Shown here: piece after piece, positions 1 to 64,000 of the stretch
Numbering within the stretch: position 1 is the stretch's first letter
How the letters are laid out: each line of letters opens with the position of its first letter
Source of the DNA: the human T2T-CHM13v2.0 reference genome, Homo sapiens
Strand: one strand, 5' to 3'
DNA length: 64,000 bases
Assembly: GCF_009914755.1 (NCBI RefSeq)
Contig: NC_060932.1
Program-made: the position numbers and the translations under genes
The notes under the pieces: model-generated
What the model was told of the DNA's origin: nothing
What the model saw: the letters and a program-made list of their open reading frames with translations, nothing else
Database searches by the model: none

Positions 1-4409
<4,409 letters not shown>

Positions 4410-4621
4410 TAAACTGGGGAGCAGGCAGAGCCCCATTTCAACCCCAGAGATCTGCTACCCCAGCAAGCTAGGGGCTGTGTCCAAGGTCAGACAGTAATGA
4501 GAGGCAGAGCCGAGTCTGGAATAGGGGTCTCCAGACTCACTGCGCAGTGCTCTTTCCACACCCTGCTGCAAAGCCCTGCTCCTTCTCATCTACTTTTCCC
4601 TTGTCCCACTCACTGTCCCCG

Positions 4622-4623
<2 letters not shown>

Positions 4624-4653
<30 letters not shown>
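4624..4653. repeat. (CA)n microsatellite about 1 kb upstream of the ADGRA2 ATG
   Basis: Directly visible. Confidence 0.95.
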
Positions 4654-4655
<2 letters not shown>

Positions 4656-5663
4656 CGTTGTGGAAAATGTAGGAGGCCCAGTCTAGCCTCTAGCCTTGTC
4701 TGCCTTGGCCTTTGACCTCTCCTTGGCCGAATGACATGCACCCCCCGCTGAGCGAGGTCACCGCAGCGGAGGAGGGTCTGCTGCCTCCTTGTCTCGGCTG
4801 CCATCCTCCTGCGGCTGCCTCCACCGGAGCTGGAAGGAGAGTGAGAGCCGACTTCCAGACTGATCATCGTGTCAGGGGCCAAAGGAAACCTCGGAGCCTT
4901 CCACCAAGTTCAACCCAAAACAGGGCGCCCCAGACGTCTCTGTCCAAGCCCGCGGGTCCAGGAGGGCCCCAGCAGCCTGGAGACGCAAGCTGCACCGGCA
5001 CGGACGAGGGAAATTTTGTGGAAGGTGGTGGTGGTCGGCTCAGAGGTCTGAGATGGGTTGCGGAAAGGAAGGGTCCTGGCCCGGGGCGCGGGGACAAGCG
5101 GGAGAGGAGTGTTGGTGCAGGGCGGGCGCGGGGACGCAGGGTCCTCGAACCAGCTGGCCCGCCCCCACTCGGCAGAGGTTCTAGGCCTGGCCGCGTGTCG
5201 GTCGGCGCTAGGGCCCCGCGGAAGGCCCGGGCGGGCGGGGACCGGCGGCGGGAGCGGCGCGGCGCGGAGCTGCCTCCATCCATGGCACGGAGCGGCGGCG
5301 GCGGCGGCAGCAGGAGCCCGGCGCGATCCGCTAGGTCCCAGCCCAGCGCCCAGCGAGCAGGCGACGCGGAGGGGCCGGGCCTCCAGTGTCCCGAGGGCCG
5401 GGCGCTGAGACTCCGGCCGCGCAGCTGGGAGCTGCCCGCGCTGCGCTGACAGCCGCGCCGACGTCCTCCCCGCCGGGGCGCTCGCAGGACATGCCCCCGG
5501 GGCGCGGCGGCGGGGACCCCGGGGCTCGCCTCCGCCCAGGGCCCCCCTCCACGCCCTCGGGAGCCCCGGGCCCCCGCTGAGCACTCCTCCCGCACGCCTG
5601 GGTCCCTCCGGCCGGCGCGCAGCCCGGCCCCAGCGCTGTGGGTCCCCGCGGGGCGATGGGTTG

Positions 5664-50756
<45,093 letters not shown>

Positions 50757-52336
50757 GGTGGGGCGGGCGACGCGGTAGACGGGCTGGCCACGCGGCTCGT
50801 TCCCCCGCTCCTCGGGGCCCTCCAAGGTGTCTCCGTAGTCAGCAGGTTGGAGGCAGAGGAGCCGATGGCTGGAGGAAGCCCACAGGCGGATGTTCCCCAC
50901 TTGCCTAGAGGGCATCCCTCTGGGGTAGCGACAGACAATCCCAGAAACACGCATAATACATTTCCGTCCAGCCCGGGGCAGTCTGACTGTCGGTGCCCTC
51001 CCAGGAACGGGGAAGGCCTCCGTCTGTGTGAAAGGGCACAGCACATCCCAGGTGCACCCTCCCCAAGTACTCCCACCCCGCCTACTGTCCATGCGGCCTC
51101 ACTGGGGGCCATCAGCCTCACCAGCAAAGCAGAGATGAGAGCGTGGGAACTGTGTTCTTTCCTCCCTGCCCTCTACTGATTTCAGCCCAGCCCCTGCCTA
51201 GATCCTAGGTCCCTTTTCCTCCCGAGTTTGGCTGGCACGAGAGCTAGCCCAGCACATGAAGCAGGTGATGTTAAGTCACAAGGTGCTGCTTTTCAGATCC
51301 ACTATGCAAGAGGGGAGGGTGGGGCCACGTGAAAGGCAGCTCTAGACATCAACCAGTCCTGGGGGAGGGGAGTGGGAACCGGGCACAACTAGGAACAATG
51401 CCACCATTCCCACAGGAGTGGTACTTAAACCAGACAGCAGGGTTCAGAGGTGGCACACCGGGACAAAGCTGAGGCCCTGCACCTCAACAGCTGACTGCCA
51501 GGTGCCTGTGGGTGAACTGAGGGGAGTAGAGGGAGAGGGCAGGTGGAACTGGGGCAGAATCTAGTCATGCCCTAAAGCTAGTCCTGTAAACAATGGTGCC
51601 CCAGAAAGCTGCAGGTGGTGTTTGGAGAAGCAGTTACTTTTCAGTTACAAGACCCATCTCCCTAGTCTCAGCCTTACAACACCACGGGACTAAGGAAGAG
51701 CACTTCCTTGCCTCCGTAAGGCCAGAGGAAGAACCATCCCAATCATTTGATCTCCAGCTCCACAGTAGAGAGAAACCTACAAAATGTCAAACCAGCTTCC
51801 CGACTCCCAGGAGCTCAAGCCAAGCCCAGAGGCAGTGGCTGGGGTCCCTGCAGGTCATGAGGGGCCTATGCCTTTACTCCTTTTAAACACCAGCACCCGT
51901 CTTTTCCCCAACCTAAAACCAACCACCAGCATTTCACTACAGGACCAAATGGAAACCGAGGGAACCCTGGGTCTTGGGAAGAACAACAGGAAACCAAGGT
52001 CTGACCTAGGGTTCCCTCCCAGTCTTCACATCACTCTGGCCTCATCACCAAGGTGACAGAGGACACAGGGGAGGGGGAAAACCCACACACACTCCTTGGA
52101 ATGGGTCCTGTTATTTATGCTTGCTGCACAGACATATTAGAAGAAAAAAAAAAGCTTTGTATTATTCTTCCACATATGCTGGCTGCTGTTTACACACCCT
52201 GCCAATGCCTTAGCACTGGAGAGCTTTTTGCAATATGCTGGGGAAAGGGGAGGGAGGGAATGAAAGTGCCAAAGAAAACATGTTTTTAAGAACTCGGGTT
52301 TTATACAATAGAATGTTTTCTAGCAGATGCCTCTTG

Positions 52337-52352
52337 TTTTAATATATTAAAA
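52337..52352. terminator. Palindromic poly(A) signal, ATTAAA on + (52346-52351) and on - (52338-52343)
   Basis: TTTTAATATATTAAAA is self-complementary and lies between the ADGRA2 and BRF2 stop codons. Confidence 0.7.
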
Positions 52353-52890
52353 TTTTGCAAAGCCCTTTGAGCTACTGCCTTAGTCTACCCACTGTCCTTT
52401 TGTTATGAGGTAGAGGATCTCATGACACCATACACACAAACCCATCATTGCCTGTGAATGCACGTAGGGCCAGAATTCCCCAGTTCCCGCTCCTCTGAGG
52501 GTTGATACTGCTGGGAATGCCAACCACTCCACAAGCAGAGGGAAGCCCCCTCAGGCCTGCAGGAGGAGCCGCAGCAGTGTGTCCAATTCAAACCAGCAGC
52601 AAAGAGCCTGACATTTTCCCATCCATCTATGAGGAAAGCCATCTCACAGAACATGGACATAGGCAACTTGCTCTCCCACACCAAGGGATGGGAATCTCTC
52701 CTACCTATAGTCATCCCTGCACTCCTGACTTTACTCCAGGACCCAGGGTCCAACTAATGGCAGAGCCCCTCTTGGTTCCTTCAAACAAGAAAAGCAATAC
52801 CTACGGACTGGTGTACACTTCCATCCTTGGTTATAACAGGAATGTTATCAAGCTGTCAGAACAGGATGAAGTGCTCCCAGTGGATATCCA

Positions 52891-58187
<5,297 letters not shown>

Positions 58188-58877
58188 CTCACAACCGGCC
58201 CCAAAGCCGCGGAAGCCTTCAGAGACTCCTGGGTCTGCAACAGCAACCGTGAGGCAGCAAGAAGTAGGAGGGGACACTTCAAAGGGTTGCACCCCCGTCT
58301 TCCGGCCAGCGCGACGGAGGCATAGGCGGTTCCCTCCGCTGGGAGGCTGCGCGCCACTTCCGGTCTGTGCCTCCGCGGGCTCGGGTAGAAACGTGAGCTA
58401 GGAGAGGAGGTTCCTGGGCTGAACTGTAGCTGTCTGGTTTCCCTGCACTCTGTAGTTAGTTTTTGGGACCTAGACTGGGGTTGAATTTGGGAAAGTTTTT
58501 GCCTACATGGACACGTATAACAGACAGAAGATTGTTGTCACCCCTGAACAACCCTCCTTTTAAAGTCCTAAGGGAATCGCAGGTTGGTAATGAATGTTTA
58601 ATTGGCCATAGAAGAAAGTATATTTTTTAAAGGGAGAGTAGTGGAGAGAGAGCGGGAGCAGGAAACTGTGTTCTGCTTTCCAGAGCTGCTTCCTAAAGCA
58701 GATTCCTTCCTCTCTTTACCTCCTGTTTTTCTCAACTGTAAAATGAGGAAGTTGAAAAAAAAATCCAGAGATGCAAACCCAAATGCTTTTGGAGGCCAGG
58801 CAGGAATGTCTAAAGGAGTTTGGAGTGAAAGAATATGGAGTGATGGAGACCTGGAGCGGCGCAAGCACGCAGATTCA

Positions 58878-61202
<2,325 letters not shown>

Positions 61203-61888
61203 GGATGAAGAAGAAGGAGCACCACATAGACCCAGTTCCTCTGAAGCAGACCCATTTCCATCTAGAGCAAGTGACTGCTGAGAGTGGGCTGCTCTCCAGG
61301 CCTGCCTTCCAGCCTCAGCCCTGGGCTCCTCTCAGCTTAGCTGATGATGCTTTGCGACCCCGACCCAGTTTCACCGAGCCCTGAGTACAGCTCGCACGGT
61401 GGCACTGGGCCTGGCAGTTGCCTCAGATTTGGAGCCTTTCTGACTGGACTTCCTTCCCACCACTCTTTAGTGGGCACTTCCCGATGAGATAGCCTCAGGG
61501 CAGAGCATGACCAGGGCTTCCCAAATCCCCGTGCCAAGCACCTTTCCTCACTCATATGCAGCTTCCCCTCTGCATAGTTTAGTCTGCCCCTCCCAGCCAT
61601 TTCTCTCTGGGCTAAAGATTCACACGTTCAATTTCTTGAACTCCTAGGAACAAAGGCATCTGGTAACTCCAGGAAGGTGGTCACAGCACAGACCTGGTGC
61701 ACTGCGTAGTCCAGGGCAACCTGACCTGGAACGCCTCTCTGCTGGGAGGCTGAGGCTCATCTGGCCTTATGGAAAGTCCTGAGAGAGGATTGAGTCATAT
61801 GGCCTCCATTTTCCTTGCCCGCCCCAATCCTCCGCAATTCCAAGTAAATGATATAATGTTATATTCCTGCCCCTCAAAGCGATCCTAG

Positions 61889-64000
<2,112 letters not shown>

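Overview
Human (primate) genomic DNA, GC- and Alu-rich, containing two complete convergent protein-coding genes. ADGRA2/GPR124/TEM5 is on the + strand with 19 coding exons at 5664-50756; I spliced them by hand to 4017 nt = 1338 aa (signal peptide, LRR, Ig, HRM, GAIN, 7TM, C-terminal ETTV). BRF2, a Pol III type-3 promoter TFIIB-like factor, is on the - strand with 4 coding exons at 58187-52891, giving 1260 nt = 419 aa. This matches the known 8p11.23 locus. Most ORFs in the supplied track are Alu-derived or GC-rich shadow ORFs. I see no CRISPR, tRNA or rRNA and no wholly new protein system. The most interesting non-obvious structures are: (1) a paralogous pair of enhancer-like modules (homeodomain palindrome, GC box, FOX/SOX array) bracketing ADGRA2 exon 2; (2) a perfect 16-bp palindrome carrying ATTAAA on both strands between the two converging 3' UTRs; (3) a Met-Gly-stop uORF whose TGA overlaps the ADGRA2 start codon; (4) a candidate intronic polyadenylation site giving a secreted LRR ectodomain; (5) an intronic copy of the exon 17 end plus its splice donor; (6) an unidentified retrocopied mRNA 3' end nested in a MER58 transposon; and several local duplications. 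All functional interpretations are inferences needing data.
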